DNA of 63,943 nucleotides, filler included, from Folioceros fuciformis (taxonomy: Eukaryota): the NCBI GenBank assembly GCA_049999805.1. It is 8 parts of 8 records of this genome, joined end to end, with 100 filler letters (N's around TTAATTAATTAA, not from the genome) between each part and the next. Parts side by side here need not be neighbours in the genome. Positions count along the whole stretch, not along the records: positions 30,589 to 40,209 come from JBNGIO010005311.1; positions 40,310 to 48,818 come from JBNGIO010005312.1; 6 more parts are not named here. The stretch is one strand, 5' to 3'. Below, one piece after another: positions 34,428 to 45,900 of the stretch; the stretch's first letter is position 1, and each line of letters opens with the position of its first letter. The notes beneath the pieces were generated by a model, which was given only the letters and a program-made list of their open reading frames with translations, had not been told where the DNA came from and did no database searches. The translations under genes and the position numbers were made by a program.

Positions 34428-37400
34428 ATGGCCGTGCGAAAATCATCTGGGCTNNNNNNNNNNNNNNNNNNNNNNNNNNNNNNNNNNNNNNNNNNNNNNN
34501 NNNNNNNNNNNNNNNNNNNNNNNNNNNNNNNNNNNNNNNNNNNNNNNNNNNNNCTTTTAGGGAGAGTTCCCGCCCAATTAGCTTCGAGGAAGCAAGCGGC
34601 TGCAAACAACAGAGCCGTGATCTGGCCGACCATCGCTTCCGGATTTTGCCGAGATCAGAAGAAGTTTGATGATGTGGCTGAACTTGATCCTACTTCCGGT
34701 CGGAGCGTGGTCGATGAGGTCGATGGCCACGAGAGGAGAATCACCGCTGATAACGTAAGCACACTCTGCAAGACGGGGCAGCTGGCGGAGGCTGTTGATG
34801 CTCTGGGGGCTTTGGTGCTCACTGGGTGTCACATTGCAAAGTTTCTCTTCTACACCGTTGTAAAACAGTGTGTGGCCGGTAAGGATTTGTCTCTGGGTCG
34901 CCGTGTGCATGCTCTATCTGTGAAGAGGGGATATGAGTCGGACACGTTCCTGGGCAACCACATTCTGCGGATGTATGCTTCCCAGGCCACGTTGCAGGAA
35001 GCCATGGATGTGTTCGCCATGGTTGCCAAGCCAGATGCTTTCACGTGGTCGGCCATAATTTCTGCTCATGTACAACACGGACAGGATAAGCAGGCCATAG
35101 CACTGTATGATCGGATGCGTAGGTCAAGTGTCAAGCCGGACGGCCATGTGTTCGTGGCAGCCCTCCAGGCTTGTGCGAGGGGAACAGACTTGAAGTTCGG
35201 GCAACATGTGCATGCTGATGTGCTGGCTGCTGGCGTGGAGCATGATTTGTTTGTCTCTAGTTGCCTGGTGGACATGTATGCCAAGTGTGGCAGCTTGGCA
35301 GATGCTCAGAGAGTGTTTGATGGGCTTTTCCAAAAGAATGTGGTGACATGGAGCACCATGATAGCAGGGTATTCCCAACAGGGTATGGGGCAAGAAGCCC
35401 TTCATCTGTACAGGGCCATGCGACAGGAAGGCATTGTGGCCCCTGATAGTATGACGTTCGTGTCCCTCCTGCAGGCTTGTGCAAGTGTTGGCGCCCCAGC
35501 GTTGGAGGAGGGAAGGCAGATACACGTCCAAGTTAGGGAACGAGGCCATCAAGCGGATGTGTTTGTGGCCAACAGTCTCGTCAACATGTATGCAAAGTGT
35601 GGCAGCCTCGAGGATGCTCGGGGTGTTTTCGACGGACTTGGTCAAAAAAATGTGGTGTCTTGGAATGCCATGATAACAGGATACTCCCAGCAAGGCAGCG
35701 CTCAGCAAGCTCTTCATCTTTTTAGTACGATGCAAGAAGAAGGTTTGGCTGCTCCGAACTCTGTCACATTTGTGTGCCTACTGCAGGCATGTGCAAGCAT
35801 TGGCACTACTGCTTTGGAGAAGGGGAGGGAGCTTCACGCACAAGCTAAAGAGCGAGGCCTTCAGGCTCATCTAGCTGTGGGTGGAAGCCTAGTAAACATG
35901 TACGCGAAGTGTGGCAGCGTAGAGGATGCTCGGGGTGTGTTTGATGGACTTAGTCGGAAAAATGTGGTGACCTGGAATGCCATGTTGGCAGGATATTCCC
36001 AGAAGGGCAGGGGGCGTGAAGCCCTTGACATTTACAGAAGCATGCAAGAAGAAGGTGGAGTGGCACCCGATTCCGTGACGTTTGTGACCCTCCTCCAGGC
36101 ATGTGCAAGTGTGGGCACTCAGGCTTTGGAAAAGGGAAAGCAGCTCCATTTGCACGTAGAAGATCGAGGGTTTCAGGCAGATTTATTTGTAGGTAACAGC
36201 TTGGTGAACATGTATGCCAAGTGTGGCAGCTTAGATGATGCTCGGGCTGTCTTTGACAGGCTTCCTCAAAAAGATGTGGTGACATGGAATGCCATGATCG
36301 CAGGTTTTTCCCAGAAGGGAATGGGATTGGAAGCCCTGAATCTTTTCAGTGCTATGCAGCAAGAAGACGTGTCTGCTCCAAATTCTGTGACCTTCGTGTC
36401 CGTCCTGCAGGCATGTGCAAGTATAGGCAACCAGGCGTTGAGTAAGGGGAAGGAGCTTCATGCACGAATTAGACAACGAGGACTTGAAGCAGACTTGTTT
36501 GTAGCTAGCAGTTTGGTAGACATGTACGCAAAATGTGGCAGCCTAGAGGATGCTCGAGGCATGTTTGACAGACTTGGGAAAAAGAATGTAGTAACGTGGA
36601 GTGCCATGATAGCAGGATACTCTCAACAGGGCATGGGCGTCGAAGCCCTTAATCTCTACAGGGACATGCAGGATGAGGGCATGGTTGTACCGAATTCTGT
36701 GACTTTTGTATGCCTTCTTCACGCATGTGCAAGTGTGGCTGCGCTGAATGTTGGAAGGCAGATTCATGGACAGATAGTAGATCAAGGGCTTGAAGATGAT
36801 GTCAACGTATGCAACAGTTTAATAAACATGTATGCAAAGTCAGGTAGCATGGTTGATGCACAGCAGGTGTTTGACGCCTTATCCGAAAGAGATGTCATCA
36901 GTTGGGGTGGACTGATTGCAGGATACACCCGCCAAGGCAACAGTGAAAGGGTTTTTGACTTGGTTCTCAGGATGCAAGAAGAAAGCGTAAAGCCAGATGG
37001 CATCACGTTCATTAGTGTCCTTACAGTATGCACTCATACAGGTCTGGTAAGCATGGGGCAAAAGTACTTCGAAGCTATGAGCAGACAGCATGGCATAAGT
37101 CCCACGGCAGATCACTATGCCTGCATGGTGGACCTCCTGGGTCGTGCAGGACAACTGGATGAGGCACTAGTTTTGGTAAGGACAATGCCTATACTGCCTA
37201 GTGCAGCTGTGTGGCATACTCTATTAGGTGCTTGTCGAAAGTGGGGCGACGTGGAGGTGGGATGCCATGCTTTCGAGGAAGCAGTCAAGCTGGACAAGCA
37301 AGATGCAGCAGCGTATGTGTTGATGTCAAACATTTACACAGATGCCCAGATGTGGGAGCAGGCACATGAAACACAGGCGAGGAGGAGAGGACTTGGGGCA

Positions 37401-37562
37401 TGGAAGCAGCCAGGTCAGAGCTGGTGGACAGATATGGAAGGATCTGTTCATAGTTTCCTGGTTGGGGATAAGAAGCATCCCGAGGCTGAAGCCGTACTGG
37501 AACTGCTGTCTTCCAAAATGAGGATCGAAGGGTACGTTTCACATCAAGCAGCAGCGGCCTGA
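34428..37562 (+). CDS. Long PLS-class PPR protein with E1/E2 and truncated WW-type DYW (E+-like); N gap in the 5' end
   Basis: Multiple PLS triplets, HYACMVDLLGRAG and KQPGQSWWTDMEGSVHSFLVGDKKHPE..GYV, then a stop with no HxE/CxxC. Paralog of 18414-20519. The start codon is uncertain because of the gap. Confidence 0.96.
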   Translation: MAVRKSSGXXXXXXXXXXXXXXXXXXXXXXXXXXXXXXXXXXLLGRVPAQLASRKQAAANNRAVIWPTIASGFCRDQKKFDDVAELDPTSGRSVVDEVDGHERRITADNVSTLCKTGQLAEAVDALGALVLTGCHIAKFLFYTVVKQCVAGKDLSLGRRVHALSVKRGYESDTFLGNHILRMYASQATLQEAMDVFAMVAKPDAFTWSAIISAHVQHGQDKQAIALYDRMRRSSVKPDGHVFVAALQACARGTDLKFGQHVHADVLAAGVEHDLFVSSCLVDMYAKCGSLADAQRVFDGLFQKNVVTWSTMIAGYSQQGMGQEALHLYRAMRQEGIVAPDSMTFVSLLQACASVGAPALEEGRQIHVQVRERGHQADVFVANSLVNMYAKCGSLEDARGVFDGLGQKNVVSWNAMITGYSQQGSAQQALHLFSTMQEEGLAAPNSVTFVCLLQACASIGTTALEKGRELHAQAKERGLQAHLAVGGSLVNMYAKCGSVEDARGVFDGLSRKNVVTWNAMLAGYSQKGRGREALDIYRSMQEEGGVAPDSVTFVTLLQACASVGTQALEKGKQLHLHVEDRGFQADLFVGNSLVNMYAKCGSLDDARAVFDRLPQKDVVTWNAMIAGFSQKGMGLEALNLFSAMQQEDVSAPNSVTFVSVLQACASIGNQALSKGKELHARIRQRGLEADLFVASSLVDMYAKCGSLEDARGMFDRLGKKNVVTWSAMIAGYSQQGMGVEALNLYRDMQDEGMVVPNSVTFVCLLHACASVAALNVGRQIHGQIVDQGLEDDVNVCNSLINMYAKSGSMVDAQQVFDALSERDVISWGGLIAGYTRQGNSERVFDLVLRMQEESVKPDGITFISVLTVCTHTGLVSMGQKYFEAMSRQHGISPTADHYACMVDLLGRAGQLDEALVLVRTMPILPSAAVWHTLLGACRKWGDVEVGCHAFEEAVKLDKQDAAAYVLMSNIYTDAQMWEQAHETQARRRGLGAWKQPGQSWWTDMEGSVHSFLVGDKKHPEAEAVLELLSSKMRIEGYVSHQAAAA

Positions 37563-38869
37563 GGTACCTAACCGTGGACGAAAGATCCCAAGTATTTGCT
37601 TGGAACAGCGGGAAACTGGCTGTTGCCAAACAAGGCAATGTTTATCATGCAAGCATCTGGCATGTTTATACTTCTAGTCCCAACTACCAGGCAAGACGAG
37701 CTTCGAGCCATCGTTTGGCAGCACGTTGCGGGGCCTGGGCCAGCTTGCTGCATCCAGTCGCACCTTACGGAAGGTTTAAGTATTTGCAGTTGTTCTTGAT
37801 CCTGTGAGACTGAGTTCCCTGGCTAAAGGCTTTTGTTGTGGAGAACTTGGTGTGAGCTGCTTCAGCACCTGGTCCTATGCTGGCCTTTGCTCCCGAACTC
37901 AAGGATCTGCCACAGCTTGATTCGAGCATCATGTGGCGGGAGCGCAGTGTAACGGGATGCTACATGCTGGGGCCAATCGCCCCAGAGCTGCTTCCACCTT
38001 CGATCTGTTGTCAGCGTTTGGCTTTGAGATGGTAGTCGTGGCCGTGGATGTGATGCGGCTGCAAGTGCAAGGAAGGTGTTCTCACCGAAGGCATGTCTCC
38101 AACAAAGATGTGTCTCAGGAAGATGAGCTCAAACAGTGAATTGAAAGGCAATGGGGTGGTATGTCCTGTTCTTCGGGTTGGAGGGCACATCACTGAACGA
38201 GGAAGCTGCAAATGCACTCACTCTCCCGGAGTGTCAAAAGGAAGAATGGTTTAAGGTGAAGCGTAACTGTCATTTCACAGATGTGCTTTGGCTGGCACAG
38301 AAGCTACTGACCACAATCTGTTGCAAAGGAAGGAAAGGTTTCTGTCGGGAAGAAGAACAACCTCGATCACAACTACATGGAACCAGGAGTGGGAAGGTTG
38401 TTGACGGGAAGAACAACTACCTGGGCAATCGTTTCAAGATATGAATATTGAAAACTGCTCTCAACACAATATTTAAAGAAAAGTAAAGGCCGTTAAACTC
38501 GCCTGAAACTGCACGTAATCGAGGCTTGCGAGGATCCTCCCTCAGCTGTTCCTCGGCTGCCATGCTTTTCATGGAGGCAGGTACTTCACTCTAGAAGAAG
38601 TTTAGCTACCTAGTGAAGATGATACATTGAGAAATTGGAGGATGAGCCAAAAGATGTTCATGAGAACGATTTGGCTGTCAGGTGCGCTGGTGGGTGCTAC
38701 GAGTTTGTGCGACTGGGCGATATTTTACCGTTTGATCACCACCAAGGCTTTAGTTACTATGCTGATCACAGCTGTAACCACTATGTCGATCATGGAGGAG
38801 CATGATTGTAATTCATTTCAATGATGCCTTATGTTGCTTTAGTGTCCTCTCGACATGAGAATATTTGTC

Positions 38870-39255
38870 ATTGTGCAAAGGCAAAGTAGAAGAGATGGTG
38901 GATCTCTCCACTGAGAATCCTTGCTGTTGCGCAAAGGCAAAGTAGAAGAGGATGGTGGTTTTCTCCACTGAGAATACTTGCTCTTGCGCAAAGGCAAAGT
39001 AGAAGAGGATGGTGGTTCTCTCCACTGCGAATGCTTGCTATTGCGCAAAGGCAAAGTAGAAGAGGATGGTGGTTCTCTCCACTGCGAATGCTTGCTATTG
39101 CGCAAAGGCAAAGTAGAAGAGGATGGTGGTTCCCTCGATGGGAGCAACTAGATAACACTTGGATCTTTTCCACCTTTATTATTTTACAAAGTTCCATAAC
39201 TAGATGGGAGCAACTAGATATCACTTGGATGTTTTCCACCTTTATTATTGTACAA
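38870..39255 (+). repeat. 57-bp minisatellite (~4.7 copies) followed by a ~66-bp duplication
   Basis: Repeated ttgcgcaaaggcaaagtagaagaggatggtggttctctccactgcgaatgcttgcta, then gatgggagcaactagata..cacttggat..tttccacctttattatt twice. Confidence 0.92.
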
Positions 39256-39436
39256 AGGTTCTATGGCCTCCAATCCTTCTTGGATTGCTGCTCCATGGCC
39301 TCCACCCTAACCTTGGATTTTTGTGAAAATCTAAGGTTAGGGTACAAAACAGGGTGCTACGAGAATTATTTCACATACTTGATTTAAGTATTATTTTGAA
39401 TAAGTGTGGAAATAAAATTAAAATATTATTTTTAAG

Positions 39437-40209
39437 TATTATTTATTTATTTATTTATCATTAGGCGTATGCAGCCGTAAGGCTATGATGCCGGAACGTG
39501 AATCAAAAACATGATTGAATGGACACTTTGGGAAAACGCAAAAGAAAGAGGATTAGAGCAAACAAAATAGCAAATCTAGATAGCTATGTCAATAAGCCTA
39601 AGTTAAGTAATCGCCAATCGCCTTGAAGTAAGAGAGAAGTTTTTCCCTGAGTTTGGGAACACTAAGAAGTTGGCGGATATCGTAGTAAGAGCCTTGAAAC
39701 ATCTGGATCCAAGTGTTGCGAGTGGCCATACACTGGCCAAGGATGTGGTGACGAGTTTCTTATGAAGACCTGCATTTCCGACAAAAAGGATCCTCTACAA
39801 TGTTGAATCTCATAAAGTAAGCCCCATTAGCCATATGCCCAGTCCGAAGCTGCGTGAGAAATGATGAGAGCTTACGGTCATGGAGACCAAGGCATTGTAG
39901 CATCGAGGCCGAAGCGCCACCAAGCACCACCCTCTTAAGCACAGAAGCCTTAGTTGAGGAAACCCATCGTAAACGCCACTCCTGTAGACTTGTAGCATGA
40001 ATTTGCTGGCAAGCTCTGGACACTAATAGGATCCGGTCTTCGCGGGAAATGGGAAGAAGAGTGGCAGCCTTGGCGATTACATCTACATGCTCATTACCAA
40101 CAATATTGTGATGGCCCGGAATCTAGTGGAGATTAAGGGAAACCTCCGGATGAGCAACCGAGAAGGCATGGAGAGATGTCCTAGCTTGGAAAGATATGGC
40201 TTGGGCTGG
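39437..40209 (-). mobile_element. 3' end of a decayed non-LTR retrotransposon (LINE) with RNase H and C-terminal CCHC finger
   Basis: The minus strand reads LH*IPGHHNIVGNEHVDVIAKAA (RNase H; Trp replaced by stop), QLRTGH and CRKCRSS*ETRHHILGQC, with an (ATAA)n tail near 39437-39458. Confidence 0.85.
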
Positions 40210-40309
40210 NNNNNNNNNNNNNNNNNNNNNNNNNNNNNNNNNNNNNNNNNNNNTTAATTAATTAANNNNNNNNNNNNNNNNNNNNNNNNNNNNNNNNNNN
40301 NNNNNNNNN

Positions 40310-42185
40310 CTTCAGCTTTGGTTAAAAAGGCAACATCCGCAAGGAGAGTCTCGTCCAGCCCACTGATTATGACGGCACAAGCAACATAATTAAGGTTCGC
40401 CCTCTTGTCTTTCTCGTCTTGTGTGGCAGACTGTCCAGGTTGCTTAAGCGTGCCACTAACAACTCCCCAAACGTGTCTCGCTTGCAGGGCAGTTGTCATG
40501 CGCACCTTCCAGCCTTCGAACTTCATGCCATTAAAGCGATCGCGCTCCTTAAATTCGACTAAGTAAGAAGGTTGTGGAATCACTGGCACAGGCGGGAGTG
40601 AAGGATTCACCGCTCCGCCGGTACCCCCTCCCCCACNNNNNNNNNNNNNNNNNNNNNNNNNNNNNNNNNNNNNNNNNNNNNNNNNNNNNNNNNNNNNNNN
40701 NNNNNNNNNNNNNNNNNNNNNNNNNNNNNNNNNNNNCCGCCTGCTCCTCCTCCCCCTCCTCCAGTTGCCATTCTGACCCGTTCTTTGGAAAAAAATACAG
40801 GTTACGGGTGATCAAGCCGCACCAGGACCTTTTTCAGAAAATGGGTCAAGATGGGTGGAAGGAATGTTGGGCAAAAGAGCACAAAGCGACATGGAGGTAA
40901 GGCCAGAAAGGGGTCAGACGGCAGCAGACATCAGGTGATGGCGGTTAAGGAAACGGGAAAGAACTAACCCGCGTCCTTTGCCTGCAGGATGAAAACGTCA
41001 CTCGCTTGCACCGCTTCCGAGACACCCCCGCACCGCCAAAGAGCGTGCCCAACCAGAGGTCGACACATCGGAGACAGCACCTGCTATCGGATGCCACGGA
41101 AGATGCACCACCAAAAGGCGCGCCGTCCTAGCGCATAGCGGGTGTTGGTTCGGATCTGATCTGCTTGCGCCCAGAGGCCAACGAATTCAAAGGATATGGA
41201 CAAGAGATGGATCCAACTTGTCGATGCAAATCAGTCACCAATTCTGTGAGTTTCCGCACATCCTCGATTAAAGATGTCTGCTTGCAAAGGAAAAGGTCAA
41301 TTGCCACCGAAATCTCTTGATGCCGGGTAGTGTGCACCTCGTCCTGTCGAGATAAGATAGTGAGAAGAACTCTTTCCATTGTTTTGAGCCTGTTGTTGAG
41401 TACTTGAGATGCCCCAACAATCTCTGGCAAATCAGTGGCTCTGTGACGGTAAGTCTCCTCCAAGTCCTGCTTCTCTGATGGATGCCGTTCCGTATAGAGA
41501 CGATTGGGTGTCTGAACGAATGGCAAAGTGTAAGAGATGTCCTCAGATCCCGCTCCGTAGACCCTACGGAAGTTAAGATCACCAGAAAAACTAGAAGATT
41601 GATTCCGTGTCCTCTGATGATTGCAGGATGCTGGAGGGTATCGCTCAACGTGGGAATGTCCACGTCGAGGCATCTTCAGGCCGTTTCAGAGTATAGAAAT
41701 CTGCTGCACTAAGGCAGCCAGATTTGCACAGCGGAAATCATCCATGTCTTTCTATTTGCCTAGTGCAGAAAACTAGCCTATCGCTAATGCTCTCGTGCAA
41801 GTAGTAAAGTGGAAGATTGGACACACAACCTAGGAGCCAGAAAAATTGTGGCCTAATAAAATAAACCCTAAATTGTGGCTACTGGATTTTTGTGTCCAAG
41901 AATTCTGTATTGCTACTTGTAGCTAGAGCATTGAGCTAGGAACTGATGCAAATAGCTGAGGACATGAAATCATGTATCAGAAAAACAAAACACGCTCTGA
42001 TACCATGATAATTTTCTAAGAGCAGTGTGCACACACAATTGCCAAAAGCAGAAGATAATAAATTAAGCACAAATACAAATTTTAAGAGTCATGACTGTTC
42101 ATAACCCTAAAGTCTAGGCTGCTAACAATAGCTATGTTTACTTATATATACATAACCCTAAACGCAGGGGTTATATATCTTAACA
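40310..42185 (-). mobile_element. 5' part of a Copia element: LTR ~42006-42185, PBS 41994-42005, leader with extra ORF, gag start
   Basis: PBS TGGTATCAGAGC; LTR TGATAA...TTAACA; gag KERDRFNGMKFEGWKVRM at 40310-40610. Confidence 0.85.
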
Positions 42186-42904
42186 GTCCTATCATGAGGC
42201 TCTTACCAGTCTTGAATCCAAGCAATGGAAAGCTGCTATCAAGTCTGAATACGACTCTCTTATTTCTAATCACACCTGGGAGCTTTGTAGACCCCCTCAG
42301 GGGAGGAAAATTGTGACGAGTAAGTGAATCTTCAAGCTGAAGTATCGAGCTGATGGTTCCATTGCCCGTTACAAGGCCAAGCTGGTTTCTCATGGCTTCT
42401 CACAAGTCCCTGGGCTGGACTATCATGATACATTTTCCCCTGTGGTCAAGGGTTAGTCTCTTCGGGTTCTATTTGCCATGTCTGCCTTCTTCTCTCTTTA
42501 TACATCATATGGATGTCAAGACAACGTTTCTTCATGGCAAGCTGGAGGAGGAGATCTACATGCAACAGCCCAAAGGTCATGAGATTGTTGGCAAGGAGGA
42601 TTGGGTATGCAAGTTACTCAAGACTATTTATGGTCTAAAGCAAAGTCCAAGAGCTTGGTATGAGTGCATAGATGAGTTCTTACGAGATTTGGGCTTCATG
42701 AAGTCTTCAGCAGACTCTAATGTGTATCTGCTTCATGATGACACTGGCTATGTTATCTTGGCCTTATACATTGATGACTATATTCTCCTAGGTACTCACC
42801 TGCCAAACATTGAACGTGTCAAGTCCTTACTCTCAGGAAGGTTCGACATGGTGGATGTCGGTGAGTTGTCCTACTGTATGGGGACACAACTCCTACGAGA
42901 TTCT
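42186..42904 (+). mobile_element. Older Copia RT fragment interrupted on both sides by younger LTRs
   Basis: [47 protein letters not shown] and LYIDD, with stops and frameshifts. Confidence 0.9.
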
Positions 42905-45900
42905 TGATCGGATAAATCCATACTTTTATATACAAGGGAATAAAAGCATATTTCTATTCATAATAATACATTACATAAATTGAACAAGTGTTACTTCTTA
43001 TATACTAAGCAACCCTTCACTAAGTGCCCTTTGGATATACAAACCCTAATTGGTTATCACATAACCCTAACCCTAAGCGACGTTAAGCTTATGCCCTAAC
43101 ACCATCCCTTAAGCGTACAAGCTTAGGGAGGCATCCAAAGGTCAGTCACGAGGAGCGGACCGCGGCTGGTTGTGGGGATGATGCAATTACGCCCAACAAC
43201 CTTCATTGAGTGCGCACCTGTGCGCCTGAGCTAGCAGGGACGGCTACAAGTATTGCGCCAGCTTACACTACCTTCATCACAGCTATTTGCACTTGCGTGC
43301 AAATCCTTAGTCTGTTGCTGGTGGCAACCATGGCTCCCAAACGTGAGGTAGGAGGCGAGAAGGCTGAGGAGTGGGATGAACACCATGTCCTAGGCTCGTG
43401 TGTGACGGTCAGTGGGTGGAAGATTTTCCTTGAAGTTAAACTATGCTGCAGTAAGCCCGTGAGGGTGGAGGAGAGCTGCGTCTTGCCAGCATACATGGGA
43501 GATAGCGCCTGCTAGCTCAAACCACTTCACGAAGCAGAGAGTTGCTCCAGTTGATCAAAGAGAAGCAAGAGAGGGAGAGGTGATTATCCAGCACCCATGT
43601 CAGTTTTAAAACGTGGAGCTTCATCCACCTGCTGTTGGTATTAAGATACTGTTGTTACTGTTGTTTAGTCTACTGCTAATGAGCACACTGCTGCTGTGTA
43701 ACCCTCCCTATCTCATAACTGTAGGCAAAAACAGGAGACATCAGGCGGCTGGAAACAAAGCACAACTGTAACAACAACATCATAGGACTAGGTCCTCACC
43801 CGTAAGGCCCCCTCTCACTGTGCATTGAAGTACTAGCTGTAATTAAACAGTCCAAGGCCATCCATATGTTTTTGATGTTTGTCTTTGGGAAGGGCCTTTG
43901 TTAGGATGTTAGCTGTGTTGCCATCTGTAGGCACATAAAGGATTTTAACGATTCCCCTCTCAGCTGCATCCCTAACATAGTGGTGGTGGATCTCGATATG
44001 TTTTGTCCGTGCATGGAGGCAGGGGTTAGCCACCATGGCGATCGCAAACCGGTTGTCACAAAAGAGGTGAGTGGGACCATCATGTGTCTCTCCTATATCC
44101 TTCAAAAAAGCACACTCCCATTCAACTTCTTTTGTGGCATTGCTAAGGGACTTATATTCAGCCTCAACGCTGGATAGGGCTATACTGGTCTGCTTCTTGC
44201 AGCTCCAGTTGACAGCTGTTTGGGACAAGAGGAAAGCATATGTGGAGAGGCTTTTTTTGGAGTCATTGTCAGAAGCCCAGTCAGTGTCAGTGAACCCTTG
44301 CAAAGATAAGTGCCTCTTACCACTACTCCTATAGCATAGGCCTATATGGTGAGTCCCTTTTAAGTATCAAAATATTCTCTTTACGCTAGTCTAGTGGGCA
44401 CGGCCAGGATGCTCTAAGAACTGTGAAATAGTGCTGACTGAGTGCTGGATGTCGGGTCGTGTCCAGCTGCTAACAAAAATTAGACTACCCACAACATGAC
44501 GATATGGAACGTCCTGCATGTCCAGCTGGTCAACTTCAGTTGTGGCACATTCATATCTTGTGAGCTTAGCACCTCCTGCACCTAGAGTAGCTGCTAGATG
44601 TGCCTGGCCCATGTTGAACTTGTGCAAAATCTTTGTTATGTACTTATGTTGGTGTATTGTAAGCAGTCCCTCAGAATGGACCCTTAACACTTGAATACTA
44701 AGGCAAAATAGGAGATCTCCACTGTCTATCATCTCAAATGTTTCCCTTAACATGTCCTTAACGTGTGTGAGCAGGGATGTGTTGTTGGTTGCAAGTATCA
44801 CGTCGTCTACATAAAGGGCAAGAATCATGTAAGTATCCCCTTTCTGCAACACATACACATTTGAGTCTGCTTGGCATTGGCAAAAACCAAGGCCTTTAAG
44901 AGCTTTGTCACAATGCTTATACCAGTGTTCTGCACTTTGCTTCAACCCATATAAGCATTTGATTAACTGACACACAAAATCGGGATGTGCAGGATCGGCA
45001 TATCCTTCAGGCTGTTCCATATACAGCTCTTCCTCAAGGATGCCATGGAGGAAAGCATTGCAGACATCCATTTGCTGCAGTTCCAGATCATACTCAGTTG
45101 CTAGGGCAAATATCAGCCTAAGGGATTGAGCACGAACTACAGGAGAGAATGTCTCCTGATAGTCCAAGCCAGCGATTTGTGTGAAACCCCGAGCACACAA
45201 ACGTGCTTTGTACCTTGCTATTTTTCCCTCTGCATTGAGTTTGTGTTTGAACACCCATTTACAAGTAATAGGTTTTCTATTGGCAGGCCTAGGAACCAGC
45301 TTCCATGTTCAGTTTTTGATCAAGTTGTTATATTCGTCGTCTATTGCGATTTTCCATTTCTCCTTGTCTGGTCCAGTGAAAGCTTCTATAAGGCTAATTG
45401 GCTCTGCTGGAACATAAGGGGGAGATGTAACAGCTCCTGCATGATGGCAGAAAATCAACATACTGGTATCTTGGTTCCTTTCACTCTGAAGGTGGAGGTC
45501 TGTGGCGAGCTGATCGTCATGGACTAGCATCTTCATCCACAAGAGGGGCCATAGCCATAGGATGAGGGATGTCAACAACCTCATGCCCGACATCTTCATC
45601 TACAGGTTGGCCAGCCTCTTCAAAAAGGTTTTGTTGTTCCTCCCGTGCTTCGTCATGATCATCATAGAGTACAATCTGGCAATGGGGCAAGCTCCTGTTG
45701 TTGGTCAGGAGCAGCATCCAGGTCGCCTAGAGGGTTTGGAGGTGGATCTACCATGTCTCCTAACACTTGTGGTTCAGGGTCAGCATCATCAGGGTAGAAG
45801 GAAAATAGTCCGACAAGTTCATCAAGCTCATCATTAACACTAGTGATAGGTTCTGAGACGAGTCTACTCTTCTTGTCAACGGTTGAAGTGGTTCCACAAA

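Noticed and set aside
37930-38830. Possible detached DYW or deaminase exon after the WW-type PPR
   Set aside because: No HxE, CxxC or DYW-like motif found in the frames read.
38839-39239. Repetitive Cys/His ORFs (GENHHPLLLCLCA)
   Set aside because: Translations of the 57-bp minisatellite.
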